A DNA stretch of 64,000 nt, from the NCBI RefSeq assembly GCF_009914755.1, contig NC_060926.1. One strand, given 5' to 3'. This DNA is from the human T2T-CHM13v2.0 reference genome, Homo sapiens. The position numbers and the translations under genes are program-made. Of the stretch, positions 44,150-58,225 are shown piece after piece; the first letter of the stretch is position 1, and each line of letters starts with the position of its first letter. The notes below the pieces were generated by a model that was not told the DNA's origin, ran no database searches, and saw only the letters and a program-made list of their open reading frames with translations.

Positions 44150-45100
44150 CAATACATATTTATTTGAGTTTCTATACTCTGCTTCATCATATTCTTGGTA
44201 CAAAGGATATAGATGTGAACAAAACAAAGATGTAACCTCATGAAACTTATATGCTGTTGGTGAAAGAAAATAAACAAATGAAAAGGAAATGTAGCATAAT
44301 CGAGGGTGAAAAGTATTTTGAATATAATAAAGCAGGATATTGGAGGTATAATGTTCCTGGGAAAGGTTTTAAATAGATGATTTTAAATGAGTTGGTTAGA
44401 GAAGGTTTTTCAATATAATGTATTTGAGAGGAGACTTGAGGGAGGTGAGGGAATAATCTATTCAGATAAATGGGGAAACTGAATTATTTCAAACCTATGG
44501 AAAAGCAAATGTGAAAACACTTAAGAGAATATTTAATTGCATAAATAATAGCAGGTGATCAGTTGTGAAATATGAAATGATGCAGATTATTTGGAAGTTT
44601 TGCAGATTATTTGAAAGTAGAGCCAACATGATTTGATAATAGACTGGATATGGGATTTGAAAGGTGTCAAGGATAACTACAATAATTTTTGCCCGGTGCA
44701 ACTGGAAGACAGATATGTCATTCATTTAGATAGAGGAGACTCCATATGAGACAGTATTTGTTTATGTGGGGGACAGTGATACGAATGGAGAACTGTGCCT
44801 TGGAATTGTTGGCTGTGAATTAATAATCCTTCAAGTTGAAATATTAAGGAGACAGGTGAATACATAAGCGTTTGGAATTCAGGAGAGAAATATTGCTTAG
44901 AAAGATAATTTTTGGAGTCATCAGCATTTAGATGGCTCTAAAGTAAATACAATGTGTAAAAAGACAAACAATGAGTATAGATAGATTTAAAATATACTAG
45001 GATTCACTTGCAGCCATTTTGTTGCTGGCAAGGCATGAGCAAAGAAAACTCTGAAGTGGACAATGAGGTAGAGGGAGACAGAAAAGAGAGTGCTATCTTG
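44150..45100 (-). mobile_element. L2a fragment (continues at ~46880-48270)
   Basis: ggtgtcaaggataactac...actggaagacag; tttggagtcatcagcatttagatgg. Confidence 0.65.
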
Positions 45101-45196
45101 GGAACATGCTGTAGTTTTCACAAGATAAGATAGATTAGGTTTTTCATAGCTCCTGTAACAAATTAGTATAAACACTGGCTTAAAACAACACAAATT

Positions 45197-45452
45197 GGGC
45201 AGGGCGTGGTGGCTCAGGCCTGTAATCCCAGCACTTTGGGAGGCCAAGGCGGGCGGATTACGAGGTCAGGAGATAGAGACCATCCTGGCTAACACTGTGA
45301 AACTTCGTCTCTACTAAAAATACAAAAAAATTAGCCGAGCGTGGTGGCAGGGGCCTGTAGTCCCAGCTACTCGGGAGGCTGAGCTGAGATCGCACCACTG
45401 TACTCCAGCCTGGGCGACAGAACGAGACTCCGTCTCAAAAAGAAAAAAAAAA
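45197..45452 (+). mobile_element. AluY with internal ~45 bp deletion
   Basis: gagaccatcctggctaacac diagnostic; ggaggctgag joins directly to ctgagatcgcacc; TSD aacacaaatt. Confidence 0.92.
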
Positions 45453-45460
45453 CACAAATT

Positions 45461-46494
<1,034 letters not shown>

Positions 46495-49340
46495 TCATCC
46501 TGGGCTGAAATGAAGCCTCAAAGAGCTGCGTTCATTGTGAAAATTCTAAGAGACAATCTGTTTCCCTATGTTTGCTCACTTTCCTTGGTTCATATTTCAC
46601 TCTCATCTTCAGGCCAGCAAGGGTAAGTCGAATCTTTCTCACATTACATCACTCTGACACTAACTCTTCTTGTGCCTCCCACTTCCACTTTTAAGGACTC
46701 CTGTGATTACACTGGGCCCACTCAGATAATCGAATATAACCTCCTTATTTTGAGGTCAGCTGACTAGCAACCTTAATCCATTTTCCATGTAATATAATAT
46801 CCTCACATATTTTGGGGATTACGATATGGATATCTTTTGTTTGGACAGAGAAGAGCTTTTCCTTTTTCTGCCTCTCATGGAAGGGAATAAATGTAAGATA
46901 CTGCTGATAGGCAATGTGGGAGTCACTGATGATATTGACAAGCAATGCTTTTGTGGAAAAGTTAGAGTAAAACCTGATTGGGATGTATTCAGCAGAGAAC
47001 AGCAAGAAGACATTTGGATAAAATAGCTATAGACAGCTCTTTTGAAGAGTTTGCTAACAGAGTATGAGGTGGGAGCTGCAGAAAAATATGGGTATAGGAT
47101 GGGGTGTTCTTGAAAAGGAAGGTAAAATGATAGAATATAAACTGATAAAATTTACCATTACAAAGAGGATTATTGAAGATGTGAGGAAAAGGGAAAATCA
47201 CAGGGGTGAAATTCTTGATTATGGGAATAATGATGGAATCTAGTGAAAAATGATGTGGTTAGATTGAAAAATAGTTTCATTCATAGCAAAAGAAAGGAAT
47301 TCAGGAATCACGTTTTAGGTCGGTTGGTTTATCTGGTTGGAATTAGATGAATATTTTCTGGTTTATTATTTATTTTTCAGCAATATAAGAAGGAAAACAA
47401 TCAGCATAGAGTGAGGATGGGAAAACATTTAAATTTGAGTATAAAATATCCATCTCAGACAGTACTTTCTGATATTTTCACATCATGTCGCACAGAAAAT
47501 AATATTTGGGCAAAACCATGGCTCACACCTGGAGGTAACTGGTAATAAGTCCAAGGTAACAACGAGTTGTAAGTCACACCAGGCATTACCTACCTTCTCC
47601 TTGAGTGGTGGAGCAAATATTTTTGCAAATTAATATCTTATTTGTGGCATATCAATACACAGTAGCACAGTGGCTGGAACATTCTGATATAGAGGAGTGG
47701 AAGAGTAAACAGATAAGGGAAAATATTAAGGTTTGCTGAGCAGCTCCCTTAAAGTTAGTTCTCTTTCATTTAAATGAGACTATAGCACAGATGAATGTTT
47801 TCCTAAAGCCACCCATCCAGTTGCATGGGTGAGAAGAAGAATTAATAAATTCATTATCAACTAAGGTCAAGTTTTTCCACAAGTAGAGAGAAAGTTAAGG
47901 AAGTAACCATATGAGTAAGGGAATAAATTTTTTGTTAAGCCATGGGGAGAAAGATGAGGACTGACAGGGAGTGAGGGATGTTGCAAATGTAGTAGAATCA
48001 TGGAATGCTGTCACAGTTCTGCCAAATAATTGAAGGTATAAGAAATAAATACTAGAATGCAGAATGATTAAAGCTAAGATTTTTATATAATTGCAGTTAT
48101 TGGTGATGGCAGATTTTAGGGTTTTACCATTAAAATGGTGGCTGGTATAGGGCAGTTGGCAAGGTAATTGGAGAAGAGGAGAAGATGTCATGTTATCACA
48201 ATTATCATCAAGATTTATGGCAAGAGTAGTGTTGACATGTGAAGGAAGGACCAGGAGCTAAAATTTTCAAGCATAGACTCCAAATTTGTTCTCTGGCTTC
48301 CTGTTCTCAAGTGCTGGCTGAGTGCTTACTCTGCTTATATGGACTAGGCAAAACCATCTGGTGGCCACTTCCCTGAGTTTTCAATGCATTTTCTAGAAAC
48401 CCAGTTAACCTGCCTTAACATACTTGGCGTTGTATGAATCCTTTATTACAGACCTCAACTGGGTCCCATAGGTTGCCAGTCATTGGTCTGTGTTTCTCTG
48501 CTCCACTGTCTGACTGCTTTCTACCTTTTCCTCTTCTCTCATATGGAAAATACCTCTTACATTTCCATCCACATATCAGAGGAACTACACTTTCCAATGT
48601 TGTAAAAAAAATTGAAGCAATCAGAAGAGAAATCCCATAGATGTTAACCAGAAGCTATACATAGCTACGCTTCTGTACTCACATATTCTGCATTTCAGTT
48701 AATTTAGGTGAACATTGCAGCTTCTATTTAAAACCATTTCCTCCAAGAATGTTCTAGATCCTTTCTTTCCTACTTAAGGACATTGCTATAGCTTCATTAT
48801 TTTTTCCTCTCTAGTGGATCGTCCCAGAGCCAACAAACATAAATTTATGTAAACATAGATATATTTCCTCTTATAAAAAAGCAACAAGAATGTTTTGATG
48901 ACATTTAATCTTAGAACAGTTAATGAGCTATTTTTGCTTGCTGATGCAACTAATCAGTTTTTATGGTTATCTATATTCACTTTCTCCATTTATTTGTCTC
49001 CCATTTCCTTTATCCATTTCACTTCATTAAATTAAACTTTAATTTACTATATGGAACTATACATACTATTGTATGCATAATTTATAGACAATAAAATAGA
49101 CATTGTAAGTTTACATTTTGATGAATTTTTACGTATGTATACACTCAAGCAACTCATAGCTCTATGAATAAATATTTCTATAAATATAGAAATATCCCTA
49201 ATTTCTATTTCCAGTCATCCTTCCAAAACTCCCCAGAGGCTGCTACTGTTGGACTGGTAGCGATATCATTACAGTAACAATGGGAGGAGAACATGGAAAA
49301 TATTTGCTAGAACAAAACAATGAGAATATTTAAATGTTCT

Positions 49341-49655
49341 GTTGGGCAGTTGCACCAGTCTGTAATCCCAGTGATGTGGGAGGCTGAGGCAGGGGAATCC
49401 CTTGATGCCAGCAGTTTGACCAGCCTGAGAAACACAGTGAGACCTCATCTTTTTAAAAAAAAGTTTTAAAATTAGCTTAGCACAGTAGTGCCTACCTGTA
49501 GTCCCAGCTACTCAGGAGGCTGAGATAGGAAGATCGATTGAGCCCAGATTTTCGATATTACAGCGAGCCATGATTGTGCCACTATACTCCAGTCTGGGTG
49601 ACAGAGCAAGCCCTCACTGCAAAATAAATAACTGAAAAAATAAAAATAAAAATAA
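49341..49655 (+). mobile_element. AluJ
   Basis: Diverged dimer, gagccatgattgtgccactatactccag. Confidence 0.88.
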
Positions 49656-49656
49656 A

Positions 49657-49980
49657 GCCAGGTGCCATGGCTTATACCTGTAATCCCAGCACTTTGGGGG
49701 GCAGAGGTAGGTGGATCGCTTGAGCCCAAGAGTTTGAGACCAACCAGTGCAACAAGGCGAAACCCCATCTCTGCAAAGAATAACAAAATTAGCTGCATGT
49801 GATGGTACATGTCTGTAGTCCCAGCTATTCAGGAGGCTGAGGTGAAGGATCCATTGAGCCCAGGGTTTGAGGATGCAGTGAACTGTGATCGTCCCACTGC
49901 ACTCCATCTTGGGAAACAGAGCAAAACTACCTAAACAATGAATAAATAAATAAATAAATAAAATCAAAATAAAATAAAAG
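49657..49980 (+). mobile_element. AluJ, tandem with the previous one
   Basis: ggatcgcttgagcccaagag; (AAAT)n tail. Confidence 0.88.
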
Positions 49981-51460
49981 TGTTAAGGGTTATCCATGCA
50001 TGCATTGTCTAGGTACGAGTATATCGTATTCTGTTTTATCAAGGGAAGAGCCTTTTAAAATACTACAAATTGAATTTTTCTCCAATAAACTAACTATTTT
50101 AATATGCTCACTTACTTACAAATACCTTTTGCTCACGATGTTGGCCCTGACAGATAAGCCTATCTGATGTAAGTGGTATTAGGCCGCTTTGGAAGTCTTG
50201 AATCTCAAAACTGTGCATCATTTTTTTTCCTGAAAAGTAAGAGACAAAACTCATGAATTTACTCTAAGTCACTAATCGCACCGTTGGAAAAGCATGGGGT
50301 CAAAGCTCAGCAGGTCTGCTAACTCACACTTCTAACCTTTGCATGGCTCTTGTCTTGGACAGGAGAGGTCTCTCCTTTTCTGTATAAGTCCTACACTAAA
50401 ATTCCTATCTCCACTTTTCAATATTTACTTTAATTCCTACTGATAACAACCTTTATTTATTTGGTGGCAATTGGTGTTTCACACACTAAGCATATATTAT
50501 CTAAATATAACTAATCCAAATTTCAAACCTTTGTAAAAATGTTTTTATAACTGATTTGATAGTTTCCACATCCATATTTATATTTAATCACTACTTTATT
50601 TTCCTAGTTAAAATCTTTCTATTTTTTTCATCTATACATATGTAATGATTTTTTTAATCTACCCACCTCTCAAAGCATCTAAGTGTATGCAAGGCTGCTT
50701 GCAATCTTTACGTTTCATTGCTAAATTAATTTCAACCTCTTCTTTCAGCCAAACAATGCTGAGCTTCTTGATTTGTTTTGGTGCCTATCGATTGTCTAGT
50801 CCTGCTTCCTGTTGTCACAGGCTACTTGTATTTTAATTATGATGCTTTGTATTATTTCTAGGTCAGTTTTCATTATATTTTTGTTTTACCTTCATAATTA
50901 GTCTTTGTTTAAGAAGGTTGATGAGTACACAATTATGCCAAACTCAAAAATTGCTTTACAAATTAAAATTTAACCAGAAGAAGAGTAACTTGATTTTGTA
51001 CCTTCATGTGCCAGACTAGGTTTGAAGGGCTATCCTTTGGGTCTTGGTGACTCCCTATTTCACAGACACCAGATAAAATAGGCAGCTGTCTGGTCGCATA
51101 ACCTGAAACACTTCATTCACCTCTTCTGGAGAGAAGAGGACGGAAATAGAACACTACAAATATACATTTTTTATTTACTGTCTCTTAACACTTACCAGAC
51201 TAGTACGTTTTCTTTCACCTTCCTTTTATACAATTCAAGTGTCTTTCACTACATAGATCTTGTCATTAAGTCGCAGACTTAAGTTTGATGCCATTTAATT
51301 TTTACCTTCCATCCACAGTATGGTTTCAACAAAAGTGGGCCATGGACTCAGCCTACCTGGGTTAATACTGCAGGTTTGTCCCAGGTATGTGTTTTATGGC
51401 AAGGTGTTTAACCTTTTCTTGCCCTTTTCTCCTCCTGTGCATATGCTATAACTGACCTGG

Positions 51461-53005
51461 TGTGTCCGGAATTGGTGGGTTCTTGGTCTCACTGACTTCA
51501 AGAATGAAGCCGTGGACCCTCGCGGTGAGTGCTACTGTGTCTGGAATTGGTGGGTTCTTGGTCTCACTGACTTCAAGAACGAAGCCGCGGACCCTTGCAG
51601 TGAGTGTTACAGTTCTTAAAGGCGACGTGTCCGGAGTTTGTTTCTTCTGATGTTCGGATGTTTTCGGAGTTTCTTCCTTCTGATGGGTTCGTGGTCTCGC
51701 TGGCTCAGGAGTGAAGCTGCGGACCTTTGCGGTGAGTGTTACAGCTCTTCAGGCAGGGCGTCTGGAGTTGTTCCTTCCTCCCGGTGGGTTCCTGGTCTCG
51801 CTGGCTTCAGGAGTGAAGCTGCAGACCTTCGCAGTGAGTGTTACACCTCATAAAGGCAGTGTGAACCCAAAGAGTGAGGAGCATCAAGATTTATTACAAA
51901 GAGCGAAAGAACAAAGCTTCCAGTGTGGAAGGGGACCAGAGCGGGTTGCCACTGCTGTTTCTGGCAGCCTGCTTTTATTCTCTTATCTGGCCCCACCCAC
52001 ATCCTGCTGATTGGTCCATTTTACAGAGAGCGGAGTGGTCCGTTTTGACAGGGTGCTGATTGGTGCGTTTACAATCCCTGAGCTAGACACAAAAGTTCTC
52101 CACGTTCTCACTAGATTAGCTAGATACAGAGTGTCCACCTAAAGGTTCTCCAAGTCCCCACCAGAGTAGCCAGATACAGAGTGTCGATTGGTGCATTCAC
52201 AAACCCTGAGCTAGACATAGGGTGCTGATTGGTGTGTTTACAAACCTTGAGGTAGATACAGAGTGCCGACTGGTGTATTTACAATCCCTTAGCTAGACAT
52301 AAAGGTTCTCCAAGTCCTCACCAGAGTAGCTAGATACAGAGTGTCGATTGGTGCATTCACAAACCCTGAGCTAGACAAAGGGTGCTGATTGGTGCATTTA
52401 CAATCCCTTAGCTAGACATAAAGGTTCTGCAAGTCCCCACCAGACTCAGGAGCCCAGCTGGCTTCACCCAGTGGGTCCCGCACCGGGGCTGCAGGTGGAG
52501 CTGCCTGACAGTACCGCGCGGCAGTGCGCCCACACTCCTCAGGCCTTGGGTGGTCGATGGGACTGGGCGCTGTGGAGCAGGGGCCTGCGCTCGTTGGGGA
52601 GGCTCAGGCATGGCGGGCTGCAGGTCCCGAGCCCTGCCCCGCGGGGAGGCAGCTAAGGCCCGGGGAGAAGTCGAGCACAGCAGCTGCTGGCCCAGGTGCT
52701 AAGCCCCTCACTGCCCGGGCCTGCAGTGCCGGCTGGCCGCTCCGAGTGAGGGGCCTGCCGAGGCCACGCCCACCCGGAACTCGTGCTGGCCCGCAAGCGC
52801 CGCACGCAGCCCCGGTTCCCACCCGCGCCTCTACCTCCACACATCCCGGCAAGCTGAGGGAGCCGGCTCCGTCCTTGGCCAGCCCACAAAGGGGCTCCCA
52901 CAGTGCAGCGGCGGGCTGAAGGGCTGCCAAAGTGGGAGCCCAGGCAGAGGAGGCGCCGAGAGCGAGCGAGGGCTGCGAGGACTGCCAGCATGCTGTCACC
53001 TGTCA
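51461..53005 (-). mobile_element. LTR12C (ERV9) solo LTR
   Basis: Minus strand starts tgacaggtgacagcatgctggcagtcc and ends ccaattccggacaca; tandem ctgattggt (CCAAT) repeats; CpG-rich U3; TSD ctgg/cggg. Confidence 0.95.
52005..52440 (-). promoter_or_regulatory. LTR12 NF-Y (CCAAT) enhancer/promoter repeat array
   Basis: Repeated gattggtg..ttacaa.ccct.agctagaca units; LTR12C is an established NF-Y-driven promoter. Confidence 0.75.
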
Positions 53006-53829
53006 CGGGTAGGTTAGACATTATAAAATACATCTCCATAGGCCCTGCTTCTTAGTAAGCACTTGATAAATGTTAGGGGCTCTTAGTATTAATTTTGGGA
53101 AGGCAAAGAGTACTTTCCACAGGTTCTGTATCCCATAGTTCCACTTTCTTTCCACCATGTTCCCATCTTTATGAAAGAAGAGTATTTCTTCAGGTGCACC
53201 ACTGCTTTACACTAGCGTGTGTGTGAACCTTTTACCACACTATTATTCCCCTGTTGTTGCCCGGATAGAACCTCTAAAAATTCATCATTTTCCTGATACC
53301 AGGCTAGATGGAGCCTTTCCTCCTTTCTTATTAAACACACACTCACACACACACACACACACACACACCTACAAAAAACTCCAGGTTATACATATGAGAA
53401 AATTCTAAAATATTTGCAGAGTATTTCAGAAACTAATCAGAGAATAAAAAGGGGAACTTGAAAAAAAGAATCCTGTCAGAACTGTGAGGCTCCCTACAGT
53501 TCTTCAGATTCTTCATATAGAAAATAATTTCTGAAGATACACCTACTTCACAGAGCACAGCCCCACCCTCTAGATTCTGTCTGTCCTTATCAGAAAAGCT
53601 ACTTACCCTAGGATAGAAGACAGACAGCTCCTGTCATGAGTTCAGCAGCCATATGTTCATAATAAGTTTGTGTAGTTTTATCCTTTCCCTCAGATCCCAG
53701 AGGAACTATACTATTGTCTCAATTAGTCCAAACTGCATTTTCTACTGGATCCTTTCCCTGGAGTCCAAAATCCAGATTAATGCTTGACGTCTACATATAG
53801 CAGTCATCATCACTAATTGCCAAATAGTT

Positions 53830-54130
53830 CTCACTGTCAACCTCCCAGATATATAGTGGGATTGCCTTTTATGGTCTCTTTGTGGTCAGATTCAGCCACA
53901 TAACTCATTTTGCCCAATAACCTGTGAGCAGATATGGCATGAGACACTTCTGGGCTAGAGTATGCTATTACTGGTTCTAAACCCTTCAAAGCTCTCCATT
54001 CCTCTGGTATGGTGGTTGGCCATGTTTGCAATGAAGTCTCCTCTATCTGTCTTACTTTCTGTGTGGTGGTAATAAACAAAGCCCTCCTGCCAGTAGCCAA
54101 GGGGCATGTGACATGAGTGAGGAATAAACT
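53830..54130 (+). mobile_element. Old MLT1 (J/K-like) fragment
   Basis: ttttgcccaataacctgtgagcag...acacttctgggc...gacatgtg-like...aggaataaact. Confidence 0.45.
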
Positions 54131-55510
54131 CATGATTTTGCTTCAAGACATTGAGATAATGAAGTTGTGTTTTACCACCACAAGCTCATCCTCTCCCACC
54201 TGATAATTATCTGGATTTAATTTCTCCTTTGGCCTCACTTCAGATCTTAGAATTCCAAACAGCATCCACAATTGCACCCAGCATTCACAAAATATCTTTC
54301 ACCTATGTTATTTTATGATGCTGTATGATAGGCAGGAAAGCAAATATATTCCCCTTTTCTCATGAGAACATGGGACATTCAAGATTTTGAAGAAATTGAA
54401 CTGAAACCTGTATTTAGATTTCAGACAGTGATGATTTTCATATAGCATCTTTCACTTGAACATTTCAGAATTCCTAAAATACTGTTTTATTCTGGATTAA
54501 GATGCTTGGACCCTTGTAGTATTGCCTGAAGGACCCTGAAGAAGTCTGTGTTGTTTCAGTAAGCAATCTAAAAGCCTTACCTAATACATTAGATAGGTGA
54601 GAGTGTTTTTAGGTTAGCAGACAATAAGTAAAATAACTTTTTTCATAAAATGTTTCTGTGGAAACACTTTATTAATGATTGAGACCAAAATAATGACATT
54701 TAATATCATTTCCAGATTTATTTGCAATTAATGTTCAAGAATTTACTTAGGTTTTTGCATGCTGAAGTTCACATATTTACTACTGTTTCCTTTTAGCCCT
54801 TCAAATAAATAAAAATCCAGGATGTCTAAATGACCAATGAATTGGAAACAATATTCTTGGTGATCAGGCCTGAAATTGGATAAACAGGAAATGTTGGGTA
54901 GCTTTTGACTCAGGTCTTTCCTGATCCAATTCAATGTAACAATTCTATACTCCTCAACTTGACTGAGCAGTCACAATCTTAATAATTTTTAGCTAAACAA
55001 ATTCTACATTCAAACCTTTTTAAAAGGGAGGTTGATATTATATTTTCACAAAGTGGAGATTGTGTCTCATTTTTCTATGTAAAATGTAGTGTCCAGGGTT
55101 AAAGTCAGAGGAAGGAGTCAAGCCCCAGCATCTCATGCTCCACCCCCAAGAACCTCACATATTCACTCCAAGGAAGATTAAATATGGTAGTCTTCCCACA
55201 AGTAAGCATTTTTGTGACAAAGGTAATTTATATATGATCAGACAATACTGTTGTGATTATCAGTAATATGGAAAGGAGCTTGGGAGAAGTCTCAGGTAGC
55301 TATTCAACATGATGATTCAATAAAGTAAAGTGATGCTGACTGGGTTTGTATTTTTGTAGGTCTAGATTTCAAAGCCATAGAAATCATAGAATATTGTCCC
55401 ATCTATTCTTCCAGATAATGGAAGTGGCACCTTTTATACTTTCTCTGAGCATACCGCCATCTTTGTACTTTTCTTTCTCTTCAAACCATGGACAGTGGTT
55501 TAACCATGGA

Positions 55511-55725
55511 CAGTGGTTTCCCAAACTCTATGGTCTTAAGTTTAGGACTTCCTGCATTCACTTGGGGACTATCAGAAATAATAATTTCTGCGTCTCACAC
55601 CAAACTTACTAAATCCCTGAAAAAGGACTAGAAAAAATGTATATATATAATACATATATATACATTTTTACAGAGCTCTAAAATGATTCTTATGCTGACA
55701 ATCCACGGCACAATATTTAGGACCC
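55511..55725. mobile_element. MER5A-like hAT MITE
   Basis: cagtggtttcccaaact start; catttttacagagctctaaaatgattcttatgc near the end. Confidence 0.55.
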
Positions 55726-57989
55726 TGAGTTGGGGCACCGCCTTTAACTTCAGATTCTTACACTTGGGAAAAATTCACTTGATCAAAAGGTGCTTACACA
55801 GGATTAAACTGTCAAGTGATGTCTTTATCAAAACAGATGGCTTAAGAGATAATGCTTACAAGGAAAAAAATTATTCTCTTTACTTCTCCTTATTTTTCAC
55901 AAATTATTATACAACACACAGTTTCTGAACATTGATATTCTTCCTTTCTTTACCTGTCTATACTCTGATTTTTTTTTCCAAAAGTTTGTTTTCAGTATTC
56001 TATCTATTAGAGAAATACAATGTGTAAGTATGTTTCAGAACTGTATTATACAGAACTACATTAACATATGTGACTTCTTGATGAATATCCTATCATGTTA
56101 ACAGCTATATGTGACTTTTCCTAAACTTCTTCCTATATTACTGAAATTTACAGTAATATTGTTTGGTCACATAATCTCAAACTTACACAAGTACTTTCTC
56201 ATTACAAGACTAACACACTTTCTTAATATCATATGAGGTTCTGGGGCCAAAGCAGTTTTTCAAAAAATTGATTATCTTTATCTCCCTACCTCCCCATGAA
56301 ACAAAAGGTACAGCCTGTGTGATAGGATGTATGCTGAAGGAACATTGCAAATTGTTAAAAGTGTTCATAATCTGTTTGGCCTGAAAATTTATCAGCTTAT
56401 TTTATGAACCTGTGTAAATGTTGTAACTATTTTCTGTACCGCTTGGAAATTACCCTGATGTTAAAGAAAACAGAAGTGAGGGTCAGTTTCACATCCTGGT
56501 GGTTTGATGCCCAGAGATTAAAGACCTTTAGGTCTGACAGAGGCAAGTGAGAGCTTTCTGTACCCTGCTGTGCTGCTGAACTGTCAATAACTCATCTTTC
56601 TCATTTTTTCAGTCCTTTCTCATGCAATGCAGAGACATACCATGATGTGTGTGTGTGTGTGTGTGTGATAGATTGACTTCAGTTGCTAGCTAGCTGCTGG
56701 CTAGCTTTGGAGAATACTATAAAGGAATTTATGTGACAGCACAGGTTTCACAGAGGAGTCTCTCAATACTTTTCTTTTCCTTCTCAGTTTACGTTGCAAG
56801 GTAATTTATTGAGAAGAGGCCTTTAAGTAAGGTTTTTACAGCACCCGGTTGGAAATTCACCACTAATCTCCTTTGGCATGATAAGACTATGCCAGTCTCT
56901 TTGATTTTCTGTCTTCTCTCTCTCCTCTCTCTATTTTCCCCTTCACTAAATTGATTCTCACTAAATAAAAGAACAAAACACGTTGATGAATCAAAAATCG
57001 GTTTAACTTTAATAATTTACTATGTAATTTCATGTCAAACCTTTTAATGATGCTTAATTTTCTTAATGCTCTTAATCCTCAGTAAGAAAAATGTTGATAA
57101 TGCTATACATTATTATATTTGAATGAGGAATGTGTTCCTGCAAGTAATTACTTAATTACTTTAGTGGATTGTGTACTGTGGGTTGATGTGCTTCTCCATC
57201 TGTTTTCTTTAATTTATTGAATTGATGCCATTTGACAAAAGAGCAAATGTAAGTCACATGAGATAGGGAGGAGACTAGGTCAGAAGCCTAAGGCTTTTGG
57301 GAATATATGGTGGCTTAGAAATTTGTCAGCCAGCTGAAATGTAAAATCCTGGACTTCAACGCTGAACTCCTGTGTCTGAATTCTGCCTCCTGTCATTCAT
57401 AGTTAAGTGAACTCCAGAAAGCCTCGGTTTTCTCAGCTATAAAATGGGAATAATAAGTAACTTAACTGGCATATACAGAGCAATTTTCATATGTAAAATA
57501 CTCTTTAAGACTGAGTAGATTAAAAAAAGTAAGAACCTTAGTGATTTACCATCTTGTTGCTTGTTTTCCTAATGGAGTTATTATGTGTATCTAAACTAAA
57601 CATAATTGGGAAATTCAGTTGACATTTCTTGCCTTGGATATGGTGACTTTACCCTTGCCTTGGATATGGTGACCTAAACTTTGCTCTGTTACTTCCTATT
57701 CTGTTGAATTTAATCCTTTTTCTGCCTTGCATAGTAGAAAATATTTTTCATAGGCTATTTTAATTTACTGTGCCACTGGCCCTGGTTTTGAGAACTCCCT
57801 GAAAATTTCCATATGTTTTTCAGCCTCACTGTATCTTAAACTGAAATTATTCTCTTCTCCTCTAAAACTGGTATCCTAACTCGTGGGGTTTGGTTTGTTA
57901 CATCGATGTTTCCTTTGTACAATAGGCTTGGTGTATCAGAGCCATCTGATTAGTTGTACAGACTTCCTGTTTCACATAAGGCCTGATGC

Positions 57990-58225
57990 TTATGCACGAG
58001 AACTTTAGATTCAAACTCAACTTGGTTCAAATCTTGGCTCTACCAAGCATGAACTATGGATTTGGGCAAGTTATTTAATAACTCTAAGTCCCAGTTACCA
58101 TCTGTGTAAATTTGGGATAATAGTACCTGTCACATTGGGTTGTTGTGTGGGATAAAGGAAGTAGTGTCCATAAAATGATTATTATAATGTTTAGTACATA
58201 ATAAATATTTCGGAATGGTAGCTTA
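57990..58225 (+). mobile_element. MIR
   Basis: ggttcaaatcttggctctacca...tttgggcaagttatttaataactctaag...catctgtgtaaatttgggataatagtacct. Confidence 0.75.

Noticed and set aside
52040-52440. Regularly spaced repeats resembling a CRISPR array
   Set aside because: Standard LTR12 U3 tandem repeats; the 'spacers' are themselves repeated, there are no cas genes and the DNA is primate.
52408-53039. GC-rich ORFs and CpG island
   Set aside because: Entirely within LTR12C; not a gene CpG island.
57628-57674. Short tandem duplications (also at 17850, 19895, 34425, 55484, 59535)
   Set aside because: 15-27 bp slippage duplications are common in mammalian DNA; no sign of function.
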